Shown: positions 9,161-18,584 of the stretch, one piece after another
Layout: each line of letters begins with the position of its first letter
Numbering within the stretch: position 1 is the stretch's first letter
From: Pirellulales bacterium
Lineage (GTDB): Bacteria > Planctomycetota > Planctomycetia > Pirellulales > UBA1268
Reading direction: 5' to 3'
NCBI GenBank assembly: GCA_044358905.1
Contig: JBIKND010000003.1
Span: 1 to 48,801 of the forward strand
DNA length: 48,801 nt
Notes under the pieces: model-generated
The model's database searches: none
Seen by the model: only the letters and a program-made list of their open reading frames with translations
What the model was told of the DNA's origin: nothing
Program-made: the position numbers and the translations under genes

Positions 9161-12058
9161 ATGCGTCCCGTCAAGAGCGACCGCACACCTGCCCGTTCCC
9201 GGTCGCGGCGTACGTACGCCCGCTCGAGTCGCGTTCAGGCCCACGACCGCCGGCTGCTCGCGCTCGAGCGGCTCGAAGTACGTTCGATGTTGGCGAGTTG
9301 GTCGTGGAGTTTCGAATTACGCTACAGCGGTTATCGTCCGTCGCGGCCATACCAGCAAGTCATTGTCACGAGCCAGGTCGTCAAGCTCCCTGGGTCGATT
9401 GCCTTGCCGGCTGCCGTTTTTGTGGCGTGGAAGCAACGCCCTTCGGATGTGGTGGAGCCGGATGACTTCATCCGCCTGGACGGCAGAAAGCTGCCTAAAA
9501 ACGGTAATCAGACGGTGACGTGTTCAAGCGGCAGTCTCACATTCGATCTGATCGACACCACGGGAGGCTGGTCAGAACACTGGGGTGTTGAACTGATTGT
9601 GGAACCAGGCGGCAGTGGTGGTTCCGGCGCCGTGCCGCCTCCGGACACCGTCTCCGAAGGCGAGGTCTTCGATCGCTGCCCGTCGCTGGGGCCGACCGCG
9701 AGCGACGGACTGCTGCGGTTTTACGAGGGTCCGGCCGTGTCCGGCACCGGTCTGGGCTCCACGTTCGGGCTGCAGCGTGACTCGACGGCCGGCTCGGGAA
9801 CCCTCTCCTCGCCGTTCGGCAACGGCTGGTCGCGGACGGCCGCGCCGACGTTGGCGGTACACGGCACGGATCCGGCCAACCCCCGGTCCGTGTCGCTGGC
9901 CTTCGGCGGCACCGACACGCGCGTATTTCGCAACGTCGCTTCGGCCGGGTCGCCGCCCGTCTTCGAGCGGTCCAGCGGCCAGGGGTCGACCGACCGGCTG
10001 ACGGTCTCCGGCGGCCAGTTCGTGTTCCGCACGGCAGCCGGCTCCACGTTCACGTTCCAAGGCCACGGCGCCGTCGTTCCCGCCGCCGCCCGCGGGCAAC
10101 TGCTCTCGCGCGAGGATGCCTCGGGCAATCGGCTGCAGTATGCCTTCAATGCCGATGGTTCCACGGCCCAGGCCAGCACCTTCCTGGCGAGTCAGGCCAC
10201 GGCCCAGGAAGTACACACCTACGCCTACCTGCCGGCGAGCGATCCGCAGAACGCGGGCAAGGTGCGCTAGATCGACGTCACCCGGGGCGACGGCACGCTC
10301 GTGCGCCGCGTCAGTTTCGCCTACTACGGCACCGGCTCGTCGTTCGGCACCAGCGGCGACCTGATGAGCGTCACGGTGCGGGACGCCACGGGCAGCCTGA
10401 TCGACGCGCGGCACTACCGCTACACGCCTGCCGCCACCGGCTCGCTGCTGCAATACACATTCGACACCGACGCCGTCCGCCGGGCCACCGCCGCGGGGGT
10501 CAGCCTGGCGACGGCCACGAACGCGGCGGTCGCGCCGTTCGCCACCAACTTCTACGCCTACGACGCCCAAAACCGCGTCGTTCGCCACGACAAGCAGGGG
10601 GCCGGGTGTTCCGCCTGCACCGGGGGCATCGGGCAGTTTACATATGCCTACGCACCGAGCACGCGGCCGGTCACCGACGCCAATCGCGACTGGAGGAACC
10701 GGCTCACCGAGACCCGGCCCGACGGCACGCAGCGGATCGTGTATGCCAACGGCCGCGGCCAGCCGATGCTCGAGGTGATCCGCACCACCACCGGGGGCGT
10801 GACGACACAAGCCGGCACCTACACCCGCTACGACTCCCGCGGCCTCCCGGTCTAGGTCGCCAGCCCGGAGGCCGTCGCGCTGCCGGCCTCGCTGGCCGAG
10901 ATCGAGCAGTATGCCGATCTGCTCAACGGAGCCAGTGGCAACTTTCAGTATGTCAGCGACGCCAGCGGCCTGATCGAGGTCACGAACTATGGCACGGCGA
11001 CCACGGCGACGGCGACGACGCCCGGCGCGGTGGACCGCCTCGTGGAGAGCACGGCGGTGCGGCGAGGCGAGTTCGGCACGCCGCTGCTCCAGGAGGCGTT
11101 CACATATGTCGTGCAGTCGTCGGCCGGCTTTGGCTCGCTGCCGGTCGTCGCCTCCCGCACGACGTATCCCAATGCGACCACCGCTGGTGGCCAGACCACG
11201 ACCGTCGTTTCCACGTTCGCCCCGGGCACGACGCGGATCGTGTCTCAGCGGACGACGCTGCCCGTCGTCGCCACCGCGCAAAACGGCTCGGGCACCGCCG
11301 CCGTCGTCGAAGCGGTCTTCGATGCCGCCGGTCGGGAGATCTGGTCGCGGGACGGCGACGGGTTCCTCCGGTATACGGAATACGACCCGGGCACCGGCGC
11401 GATCACCAAGACGATCGTGGACGTGAATACGGCCAGGTCCGCCGACTTCGCGAGTCTTCCCTTCGGCTGGGTCACGCCTGTCGGTGGCGGGCTCCACCTG
11501 ACGAGCACGTTCGGCGTGGACGCGCTCGGCCGGACGGTGCGTGCGACCGACCCGCAGGGCAACGTGACCCTCACGGTCTACGACGACGTGAACCAGGCGG
11601 TGCGGGTGTATCCGGGCGCCATGATCTCGCGTTCCGCCACCCTGCCGACGGCCCCGGTCCAACTCACGCGCCGCGACGTCTCCGGCACGTACGCGGAGTG
11701 GCTGACGTACGCTCCGGGTCCGATCCAAACGTGGTCTGTGTCCGGCGGATCGCAGCCGCTCGGCACCGAGCCGATCACGAATCTGCAGTCGCTCACCCGG
11801 TCGCACTTCAACGCTGCCGGCCAGGTGATCGCCGTGGACCGCTACACGAACCTGGACGGCCTCGCCTACTCGGCCGCCACGGCCACGCTCGGCGTCGAGG
11901 GCGTGAACTATCTGCGCACCCGCTACGCCTACAACAACCAGGGCCAGGTGGACCGCGTCCAGAACCCCGCCGGCACGATCACGATCTCGACCTTCGACGG
12001 CCTGTCTCGAATCACGGGAAAAAGGAAAGAAAGGAAAAGGGCAGGCATGATCCTTTGA
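9161..12058 (+). pseudogene. Rhs/YD-repeat protein with planctomycete LExLExR signal; two in-frame TAGs and 3' truncation
   Basis: ORFs 9029-10270, 10301-10855 and 11030-12058 share one frame, separated by TAG at 10268 and 10853. LALERLEVRSMLA, FGNGWS, YAYDAQNRV, YDSRG, VDALGRTVRATDPQGN. Rhs-like sequence ends near 12016. Confidence 0.85.
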
Positions 12059-12067
12059 TCCTTCCAC

Positions 12068-12130
12068 GCCACGGCCGACACCCGGTTCATCTGGAGCCCG
12101 GTCTACGTCGATGCCTTGATCGCCCGCGAC
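12068..12130 (+). pseudogene. Short Rhs core fragment
   Basis: Translates ATADTRFIWSPVYVDALIARD, resembling the YVWSPVYVDALVxRD segment I recall from planctomycete Rhs cores. Confidence 0.65.
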
Positions 12131-12165
12131 CACTTCTGCGTTTCCGTGTCAGCGCGTCGCCTCAA

Positions 12166-12190
12166 GTGGCGACGGGCATCTTGCCCGTCG
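12166..12190. repeat. REP-like palindrome
   Basis: GTGG-CGACGGGCA-TCT-TGCCCGTCG, perfect 9-bp stem. Confidence 0.6.
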
Positions 12191-12226
12191 AGGGAGAGCA
12201 AGCCCGGCCGCCGCGGCAACGAGCAG

Positions 12227-12265
12227 GAGCGTCGCCGGCTCGGGCACGGCCGTGATCGTCACGAA
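12227..12265. repeat. 39-bp direct repeat, copy 1 (PEP-CTERM coding)
   Basis: 38/39 identical to 12991-13029. Confidence 0.9.
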
Positions 12266-12291
12266 CCTGCTCGAGCGCGAGGCCGCTCGCC

Positions 12292-12828
12292 TCAGGCTTT
12301 CGGCTGTCTGACGAGCAGCTTGAGCTCGGGCGTGAGCTGCTGCCAGAGCTGCGGATGCGCCTCGACGAGCCTGACGATGTCGGTGAAGTCTTTCGCCTGC
12401 TTGCTCTGCCGTCGCGTCGGCTCGCTCCAGGCCTTGATCTTCCCCGCCAGAGTGTCGTCCAGTGATGCAACCCGCATGAGAATCCCATGGACGTCGGCTG
12501 GAACGGCCCGCCCCGGAAAATCCCGATAGAACTCCTCGATCGAGAGCTGGACCGTCACTATGGATCGGCCCTTCAGATTGACCGACCACTCGAATCGTTC
12601 GCTCGTAAACCCAGACGCCTCGAGCATCCGCACGGCCTTGTCCACGGCATCGAGGGCGATCACCAGATCCACGTCGCGTGTGACCATCTGCTGCTCGGCC
12701 CAATGATTGACGGCGACGCCGCCGATGCAGCACCACGGCACGTCCGCCCGCTCCAGGCAGTCGACGAGCCGCATCACGTCGTCGGTGCCGCCGGACGTCT
12801 GCCAATCGAAAAACTGCTTGCCGGTCAT
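12292..12828 (-). CDS. Nucleotidyltransferase (AbiEii/DUF6036-like)
   Basis: IGGVAVNHW...TRDVDL (GG...DxD motif), LAGKIKAW, DFTDIVRL. Start taken at MTGKQFF. Confidence 0.8.
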   Translation of the reverse strand: MTGKQFFDWQTSGGTDDVMRLVDCLERADVPWCCIGGVAVNHWAEQQMVTRDVDLVIALDAVDKAVRMLEASGFTSERFEWSVNLKGRSIVTVQLSIEEFYRDFPGRAVPADVHGILMRVASLDDTLAGKIKAWSEPTRRQSKQAKDFTDIVRLVEAHPQLWQQLTPELKLLVRQPKA

Positions 12829-12936
12829 GCTTGCCCTCGGCCGGATCATGCATCCATTCATCTCGATGGTATCGTCGGCGAAGGCGTGCGGCCAATGGGC
12901 GATTGTCCCCGCAGGCCGGCCGGCACCGGGCAGGAA

Positions 12937-13215
12937 TCACCGGCGGCGGGCGGCCCAGCAGGCGAGCGTGCCCCCGATGCCGAGCAGCACGAGCGTCGCC
13001 GGCTCGGGCACCGCCGTGATCGTCACGAAGGCCTGCGTGCCGCTCGCCGGGGCGTAGTCGCTCTGGAAGATGAGCGGCCGGATCGCTGAGGGGCTGGCCG
13101 CATGGTAGGCGTAGCTATAGTCGATCTCCCAGACTTGGCTGCCGACGAAGAACCGGCTGCCGTCGGCCAGTGCGGTGCCGCCATAGGAGAGCAGGCCGCC
13201 GCTCCCCTGCCCTAG
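12937..13215 (-). pseudogene. 3' fragment of a PEP-CTERM passenger-type protein
   Basis: GGLLSYGGTALADGSRFFVGSQVWEIDY...AFVTITAVPEPATLVLLGIGGTLACWAARRR*; no start codon. Confidence 0.8.
12991..13029. repeat. 39-bp direct repeat, copy 2 (PEP-CTERM coding)
   Basis: 38/39 identical to 12227-12265. Confidence 0.9.
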
Positions 13216-13253
13216 TTAGGGGCCAAGGGACAGGCATCATCCTCGACACTCGC

Positions 13254-13349
13254 CTCGCGGACGGCGGCGTCCGCCGGATCGACTCCGCCTACGACACCCT
13301 CGGCCGGCTGACGACGGTGACGTCGCGGAACGCCGTGACGGCCGGCAGC
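13254..13349 (+). pseudogene. Short internal Rhs/YD fragment
   Basis: LADGGVRRIDSAYDTLGRLTTVTSRNAVTAGS, a YDxLGRL repeat. Confidence 0.7.
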
Positions 13350-13579
13350 CCCGCCGTACTCCCGCTTCCACCGGTAGTAGGTCTGCTCGGTCACGCCAAG
13401 CTTCCGCACCACCCCGGGCACACTCTTTCCTTGAGCGAGCCCAACCTCGGCCTCGCGGAGCTTCCCAATGATCTGCTCCGCCGTGAACTTCTTCCCTCGT
13501 GGCATCTCTTGCCCTCCCTTGGTTTGCACCACCAGAGATTCTCTCTCTGGAAGTGGTGACGTTTAAGTGGGGCAGGTCA
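13350..13579 (-). mobile_element. Truncated IS3-family element (left end plus 5' orfA)
   Basis: TGACCTGCCCC end starting at 13579; ATG 13505 MPRGKKFTAEQIIGKLREAEV...GVTEQTYYRWKREYGG, then breaks off. Confidence 0.85.
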
Positions 13580-13780
13580 TGAGGCGCGGGGTGGCGCGGA
13601 CGGCCGCCGCGGCGAGGGCCTCACGCGCCACCGTCGCCTCTCGGAGACGGCGATCCGGGCCTCGCGGCCAGCCGCCGCGATCCAGATGGCGTCGAGCGAC
13701 GGATCATCCATGAGTTCGGGGGTGCGCGATGCGGCGACCGACCACGAACGTGCCATGGGCCCGGCCCTCGATGTCGCCCG

Positions 13781-16444
13781 TCACGCCGCGCCGCCGGTCT
13801 CCCGTTTCCAACGCCAGGCTGCGGCTGCCAGCAGCGCGAAGTTGAGGAGCAGGAACGCGAAGAACTCCGTCTGGCCGCCCTGACCGAAGCCGTAGGAGTG
13901 GAGGCCGGCGCCGAGGAGGAAGTTCACGCCATACCACGACATCCCGATCACGGCCGCGCCGATCACGCTCCCGGCCGCCAGGCCGAAGGTACCGATCCAG
14001 CCGGCGTAGCGGCCGTGGAGGATGGCGATGTAGGCCAGCAGCGATACGAGCGCCCACACCTCCTTCGGGTCCCAGCCCCAGAACCTGCCCCATGACACGT
14101 CGGCCCACAAGCCGCCGAGGATCGTGCCCGCCGCCAGCAGCAGCACCGCCACCTGCATCGCCTTGTAGATGAAGCCCGCGAGCGCCGTGCAGGCCTCGGG
14201 AGCGGTCCGCCGGCCGGCCTTGCCCTCGCCGTAGCGGCCGAGCAGGTAATAGCCCAGCGACAGGCAGCCGAGTCCCCAGGCGAGCGCCCCGGCGGCGTAG
14301 CTCGAGACGATCGTGAGCACGTGGATCGTGAGCCAGAAGTTGTCGCGGAGCACCGGCTGCAGCGGGCTGAACTGCTTGCCGGGGATCGGAAAGAACCAGG
14401 CGATGAACGTGCCCGCGAAGGCGACGGCCGTGACCACCAGGCCGAACGAGCGGCGGGCGTAGGTCTCCGGCAACGCGGTGGCGAGATGGCCGCCGCGCCA
14501 CGCCAGCGGCACCGTGACCAGCCCGAGGAGGGCGGCGAGCACCAGCCGCGGCAGGTACCAGACGGCCGGTGCCAGCATCCCCAGGCCCACCAGCCAGACG
14601 ACGAGGTTGTTGAGGTTCGGCAGCGACCGGTCGACGTCGGTCTGCGGGAGGAGGTTGATGATCGTCCGGCCGCCGGCCGCGTAGGGGGCCATCGCCAGCA
14701 CCCAGACGACGAGCGCGGAGAGCGCCAGCCGCGGCAGCAGCAGCGCCCACGAGGCCAGGCTCCAGCTTCCCGCGTTGAGCACGCCCAAGCGGCGGTCGTC
14801 GAGCGGCGTGGCCTCGCCCGGAAGCAGCGAGCCGAGCGGCGGCGGGAGGGCCGTCATCCTCCAAGCGTCCCCTGCCCCGCGGCGGCAGATCGGCGCCAGC
14901 AGGAAGCCGAGCCCGAGGAGCGAGAGGAAGAAGGGCACGTAGATCACGGTCTCGTACATGTTGGTCACCGGCGCCCAGCCCGTGATCGCCACGCGCTGCG
15001 CGAAGGCGTAGGCCGTCCAGCCGATCTCGGCGGCGAGGAGCGCCGTGCCGAGCCAGAACATCGGGGACCGGGCCCGGCCGAAGGCCAGGGCGAAGGCGAA
15101 CAGCGCCAGCAGGCTCAACACCCAGGAGAGCCGGAACGGGTCGCTCTCGTTGTAGCGGGCCTCGCGTTGCATGCTGCCCGCGGGCGGGTAGGCCGTGTGC
15201 CGGAGAAGGTCGGCGTCGATCCGCTCGACCGGGAGCTTCGCCCGCAGCGGCTCGACGCCCGCGCCGAGCGTCCGCAAGGCGGCCGCCAGCCGGGTCGCGG
15301 CCGCGGCGGCGTCGCGATTCCGCGCGTCGCCAGCCGGTTCCGCGGCGACGGCCGTGAGTGCCGCGAACGCGGAACGCGCGTCGTTGACCGCCTCCGGAGG
15401 ATAGCCGGTGAGCACATCGGTCGGCGCGTCGAGGAGCGTGGCGAGCGCCAGCCACGGCGGTGCGTCGTCGTCGGCGTTGCGTTCCGCCTCGAGCGGCTCC
15501 GCGTGGAGCGCGGGCACGACGAGCAGGCCGCCGCCGTCGTCGTAGAGCGCCTCGGCGAGCAGGCCGACGCGGTCGGTGAGCCGGGCCACGGCCCGCCGGG
15601 TGGTCGCCGGCAGGTCGGGCACGGCGTTGAGCCGGTCGAGGGCGGCCCGCAGCGCGGGGAACTTCGCCGCCGCGTCGGCCGTGGCGAAGCGGGTCGAGTC
15701 TCCAAGAGCCTCGGCGAGCGCGACGAGGGCGTCGTCTACGCCCTGCACGGCCGCGCCGGCATCGCCCGCGATCCGGCCGCGGAGCCCCCGCCATCCGCCG
15801 GCCGTTTGCTCGAAGAGCCGCACGAACCGCGAGCGGCCCATGTCGGCCGTCGCCGCCCGGAAGGTCAGCCGCCGCCAGGCCACGAAGGCCCGCCACAGTT
15901 GCTCGACCTTCGCATCGGCCCCCTCGAGTTGAAACTGCCCGCACGCGGCCATGGTCTCCCGACGCCGCTCGTCGATCGCCACGAGCCGCTGCCGCAGTTC
16001 TTCACAGTCCTCGACGTCGCTCGGTGCCGCATGCTTGAGCCGCTCGCGGCCGGACGGTGTGTCGGCGAACAGCGGAAGGCCCAGAAGCGCCCGCACCTCC
16101 TCGTGCTCGGCGGTGAGGAACGGAACGTCTTCCCAGGCCGCCGGCCGGGCCAGCCAATCGAGGAGCAGTTCATCGGCCTGCCAGCGGGCCGGCGTGCCTC
16201 CGGGGCCGGTCGCCAGTTTCGGAGTCTGCGCATGGCAGATCGTGTCGGCCATCCGCCGGGCGAACGTGTCGAGCGGCATGATCCGGCCGTCCTCGAGGAC
16301 GGGAATCTCGCGCCACTCGCGCAGGGCGGGCGACAGCCCAGGCTGCGGTGCAGCGGAGGCTGGCACGGCCGATGCGGCGGGCGTGGCGGCGGAGGCGACG
16401 GTGGTCGCCAAGGCGGCGGCGGCAAGGAGGAGAGTCGTGCGCAT
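13781..16444 (-). CDS. ccsA: Cytochrome c biogenesis protein CcsA/ResC (system II)
   Basis: DGRIMPLDTFA, APVTNMYET, PVLRDNFWLTIHV, WWD motif WADVSWGRFWGWDPKE, GLHSY. Confidence 0.9.
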   Translation of the reverse strand: MRTTLLLAAAALATTVASAATPAASAVPASAAPQPGLSPALREWREIPVLEDGRIMPLDTFARRMADTICHAQTPKLATGPGGTPARWQADELLLDWLARPAAWEDVPFLTAEHEEVRALLGLPLFADTPSGRERLKHAAPSDVEDCEELRQRLVAIDERRRETMAACGQFQLEGADAKVEQLWRAFVAWRRLTFRAATADMGRSRFVRLFEQTAGGWRGLRGRIAGDAGAAVQGVDDALVALAEALGDSTRFATADAAAKFPALRAALDRLNAVPDLPATTRRAVARLTDRVGLLAEALYDDGGGLLVVPALHAEPLEAERNADDDAPPWLALATLLDAPTDVLTGYPPEAVNDARSAFAALTAVAAEPAGDARNRDAAAAATRLAAALRTLGAGVEPLRAKLPVERIDADLLRHTAYPPAGSMQREARYNESDPFRLSWVLSLLALFAFALAFGRARSPMFWLGTALLAAEIGWTAYAFAQRVAITGWAPVTNMYETVIYVPFFLSLLGLGFLLAPICRRGAGDAWRMTALPPPLGSLLPGEATPLDDRRLGVLNAGSWSLASWALLLPRLALSALVVWVLAMAPYAAGGRTIINLLPQTDVDRSLPNLNNLVVWLVGLGMLAPAVWYLPRLVLAALLGLVTVPLAWRGGHLATALPETYARRSFGLVVTAVAFAGTFIAWFFPIPGKQFSPLQPVLRDNFWLTIHVLTIVSSYAAGALAWGLGCLSLGYYLLGRYGEGKAGRRTAPEACTALAGFIYKAMQVAVLLLAAGTILGGLWADVSWGRFWGWDPKEVWALVSLLAYIAILHGRYAGWIGTFGLAAGSVIGAAVIGMSWYGVNFLLGAGLHSYGFGQGGQTEFFAFLLLNFALLAAAAWRWKRETGGAA

Positions 16445-16477
16445 CGCGGTGCTTCCGGGGTTCGAGAGGGCCGCGCG

Positions 16478-18496
16478 TCAGCGGCGGCGCGGTCCGAAGA
16501 AATACGCCTTCATGTAGAACATCGTGAAGATACCGATGACGATCAGGCCGCTGCCCGCGTACTTCACGCCGCGGCCGGGATCGTGGTTGACGGTGAGCAC
16601 CGAGGCCTCGAGCCGCTCAGGCTTCTCCCGCGAGGATGCGGTGAACCGCTCGTAGAGATCGTCGCCGGGGAGCCACGGCCCCATGAAGCTCTCCTGAAAG
16701 AGCCGGTAGGAGCGGCCCGTCTGTGGATCGGAGAAGTCCACCGGCGCGTTCATCGTGATCGTGACCGGGTCCTTGACCAGCGCGCGGCCCTCCTTGGTGA
16801 GGAACTCGACGACGCTGGAGAAGTGCGAAGCCTGGCTGGTGCCCGGATCGAGCCGGCGTTCGAAGTTGTCGAGCTGCACGTCGAAGCCCACGTCGACCGC
16901 GTCGGGGAGGAGTGTCAGCGCGGCCGAGCGGGTCGGGGCCTCGACCACCCGCCGCTCCGCGGGACCGGGCTGCTCCTCGATCGGCTGGATCGGCATCCCG
17001 GCGATCCAAAACTCCTCGGCCCGGCCGTCCACGGTGAGCCGGACCTGCGCGGCCCGCCGCTTGGCCGACGGGGCCTTCGCCTTGTCGAACGGCAGCGGAA
17101 GCGTGGCGATCTCGAGCGTGTCGGCGGGCAGGAAGCGATCGACCCGCAGTTCGAGCTTGGCGCGCGGCATCTCGAAGGCGGGCACCGGGCGGCCGTCGAG
17201 CGGGAGCACGCCCGCCGTGGCGGTCGGAGCCTGCCAGCGGCGGTAGAGCAGCGAGAAGCCCGCCGGCGTCCGCTCGGCAGCGCCCGGGAGCCCCTTGGCC
17301 TGGACGACGTCGATCCGGCTGCGGGCCTTGCCCTGCATCCGCTCGGCGGCGTCGGCGACCTCACGTTCGATCCACAGCGTGCCGTAGACGCCCGCCCGTG
17401 GGGCGTGGATCGTGACCTCGGGAAGATCGGCGAGCACGACCATCTCCTCGGGCGGGCCATCCTTGCCGCGGCGGACCCGCACCCGCACGCCGGACAGCCG
17501 CGGCTCGAAGTCGTGCACCTCGACGAACAGCGGCGCCGCGCCCGACTCGCCGCCCGGGGCGAAGGCCTCCTTGCCGAGCACGTCGTCCACGAGCATCCGC
17601 TGGGGCTTTCCGTCACAGACGAGGACGAGCTGACCTTTCTCGCCGTAGCCGAGCGCCGGATCGGGCACGGCCGCCAGGAACGCTTCGGCCTCCGCCGGCG
17701 ACGCGGTCTTCCAGAAGACGACGGTGCCGCCGCCCGCCTGCTGGCGGTGGCGGACCGCCGTGGCCCGCAGCGGGTCGGGTTGCCAGGCGAGATCGACCGG
17801 AAACCACATCCGTCCCGAGGGGGCTCCCGCGAAGTCGTCGGTGCCGAGCCGCAGCTTCACGCCGGGGGCGAGCGCCGCGGTCGAGTCGGCGTAGAAGTCG
17901 AGCACTTCCAGCCGCACGCCGTCGGCATCGTGGATCACGCCCCTGTCGCGCGGCGTCAGACCCCAAGGGAACCAACTCCGCGTCGTGCCGTACTCCGACC
18001 AGTTGAAGGGGCCGGAGCGGAACTCGATCGGGCCGATCGCGTCGCGGTTCCCGCCCGCCTTGGACTCGAGGTCGATGCGGAAGTGGTGCGAGTCCTCGAA
18101 GGCCCGGCTGCCCCGCTCGCCTTCCAGGAGCGGGATCTGGGCGTCGATGCCGCCGCGTTGCGACATCAGGCAGCCTGCCAGGAGCACGAGCAGGCCGATG
18201 TGCGTGATCACGAATCCCGTCTGGTGCCGCTTCCAGGGGAAGCGGATGGCGGCGGCGCAGAAGATGCTGACCGCCAGGAGGGCGTTGAGGAGCGTGAACC
18301 ACCAGGTGTTCCAGACGCCGAACTTCACCGCCTCCGTCCCAAACCCGCTCTCCACGAACGTGCCCAGGCCGAGCACGATGGCCAACAGCCCGATCAAGAC
18401 GACGGCGAACTGGAGCGACGCGCAGAACTCGTAGGCCCGCAGGAGGATCCGCAGGGGGGCGGGCTGGTCGGGCGTGGCGAGCCGGTGGCGGGCCAT
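16478..18496 (-). CDS. ResB/CcsB-like cytochrome c biogenesis protein
   Basis: GTFVES, WWF, GFVITHIGLL, ITMNAPV, YRLFQES, VNHDPG, C-terminal TM; adjacent to ccsA. Confidence 0.8.
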   Translation of the reverse strand: MARHRLATPDQPAPLRILLRAYEFCASLQFAVVLIGLLAIVLGLGTFVESGFGTEAVKFGVWNTWWFTLLNALLAVSIFCAAAIRFPWKRHQTGFVITHIGLLVLLAGCLMSQRGGIDAQIPLLEGERGSRAFEDSHHFRIDLESKAGGNRDAIGPIEFRSGPFNWSEYGTTRSWFPWGLTPRDRGVIHDADGVRLEVLDFYADSTAALAPGVKLRLGTDDFAGAPSGRMWFPVDLAWQPDPLRATAVRHRQQAGGGTVVFWKTASPAEAEAFLAAVPDPALGYGEKGQLVLVCDGKPQRMLVDDVLGKEAFAPGGESGAAPLFVEVHDFEPRLSGVRVRVRRGKDGPPEEMVVLADLPEVTIHAPRAGVYGTLWIEREVADAAERMQGKARSRIDVVQAKGLPGAAERTPAGFSLLYRRWQAPTATAGVLPLDGRPVPAFEMPRAKLELRVDRFLPADTLEIATLPLPFDKAKAPSAKRRAAQVRLTVDGRAEEFWIAGMPIQPIEEQPGPAERRVVEAPTRSAALTLLPDAVDVGFDVQLDNFERRLDPGTSQASHFSSVVEFLTKEGRALVKDPVTITMNAPVDFSDPQTGRSYRLFQESFMGPWLPGDDLYERFTASSREKPERLEASVLTVNHDPGRGVKYAGSGLIVIGIFTMFYMKAYFFGPRRR

Positions 18497-18584
18497 GGGC
18501 GAGCGGGCTGGCGGGCAGGCCGGCGGAACTCGGGCGTCCGGCCCACGTGAATCGTAGCAGGACGCCGCCGGCCGGCCGCGGAAC

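Larger units (their letters stand above)
12149..12265 (-). pseudogene. Orphan PEP-CTERM tail remnant
   Basis: FVTITAVPEPATLLLVAAAAGLAL with no upstream gene body; runs into a REP. Confidence 0.75.

Noticed and set aside
9161-12058. Genome-wide TAG reassignment
   Set aside because: TAG terminates several intact genes in the window and prfA looks intact.
12149-13215. Diversity-generating retroelement TR/VR pair
   Set aside because: The repeat is only 39 bp, its single mismatch is G/C rather than adenine-specific, and no reverse transcriptase is present.
13581-13640. GC-rich hairpin beside the IS3 end
   Set aside because: Imperfect, no T tract, and plausible by chance at this GC content.
14321-18550. 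1409-aa plus-strand ORF and similar long ORFs (28448-32062, 42284-45388, 45508-48717, 6476-8917)
   Set aside because: Antisense shadows of well-supported genes in high-GC DNA; Arg/Gly/Pro-rich with no motifs.
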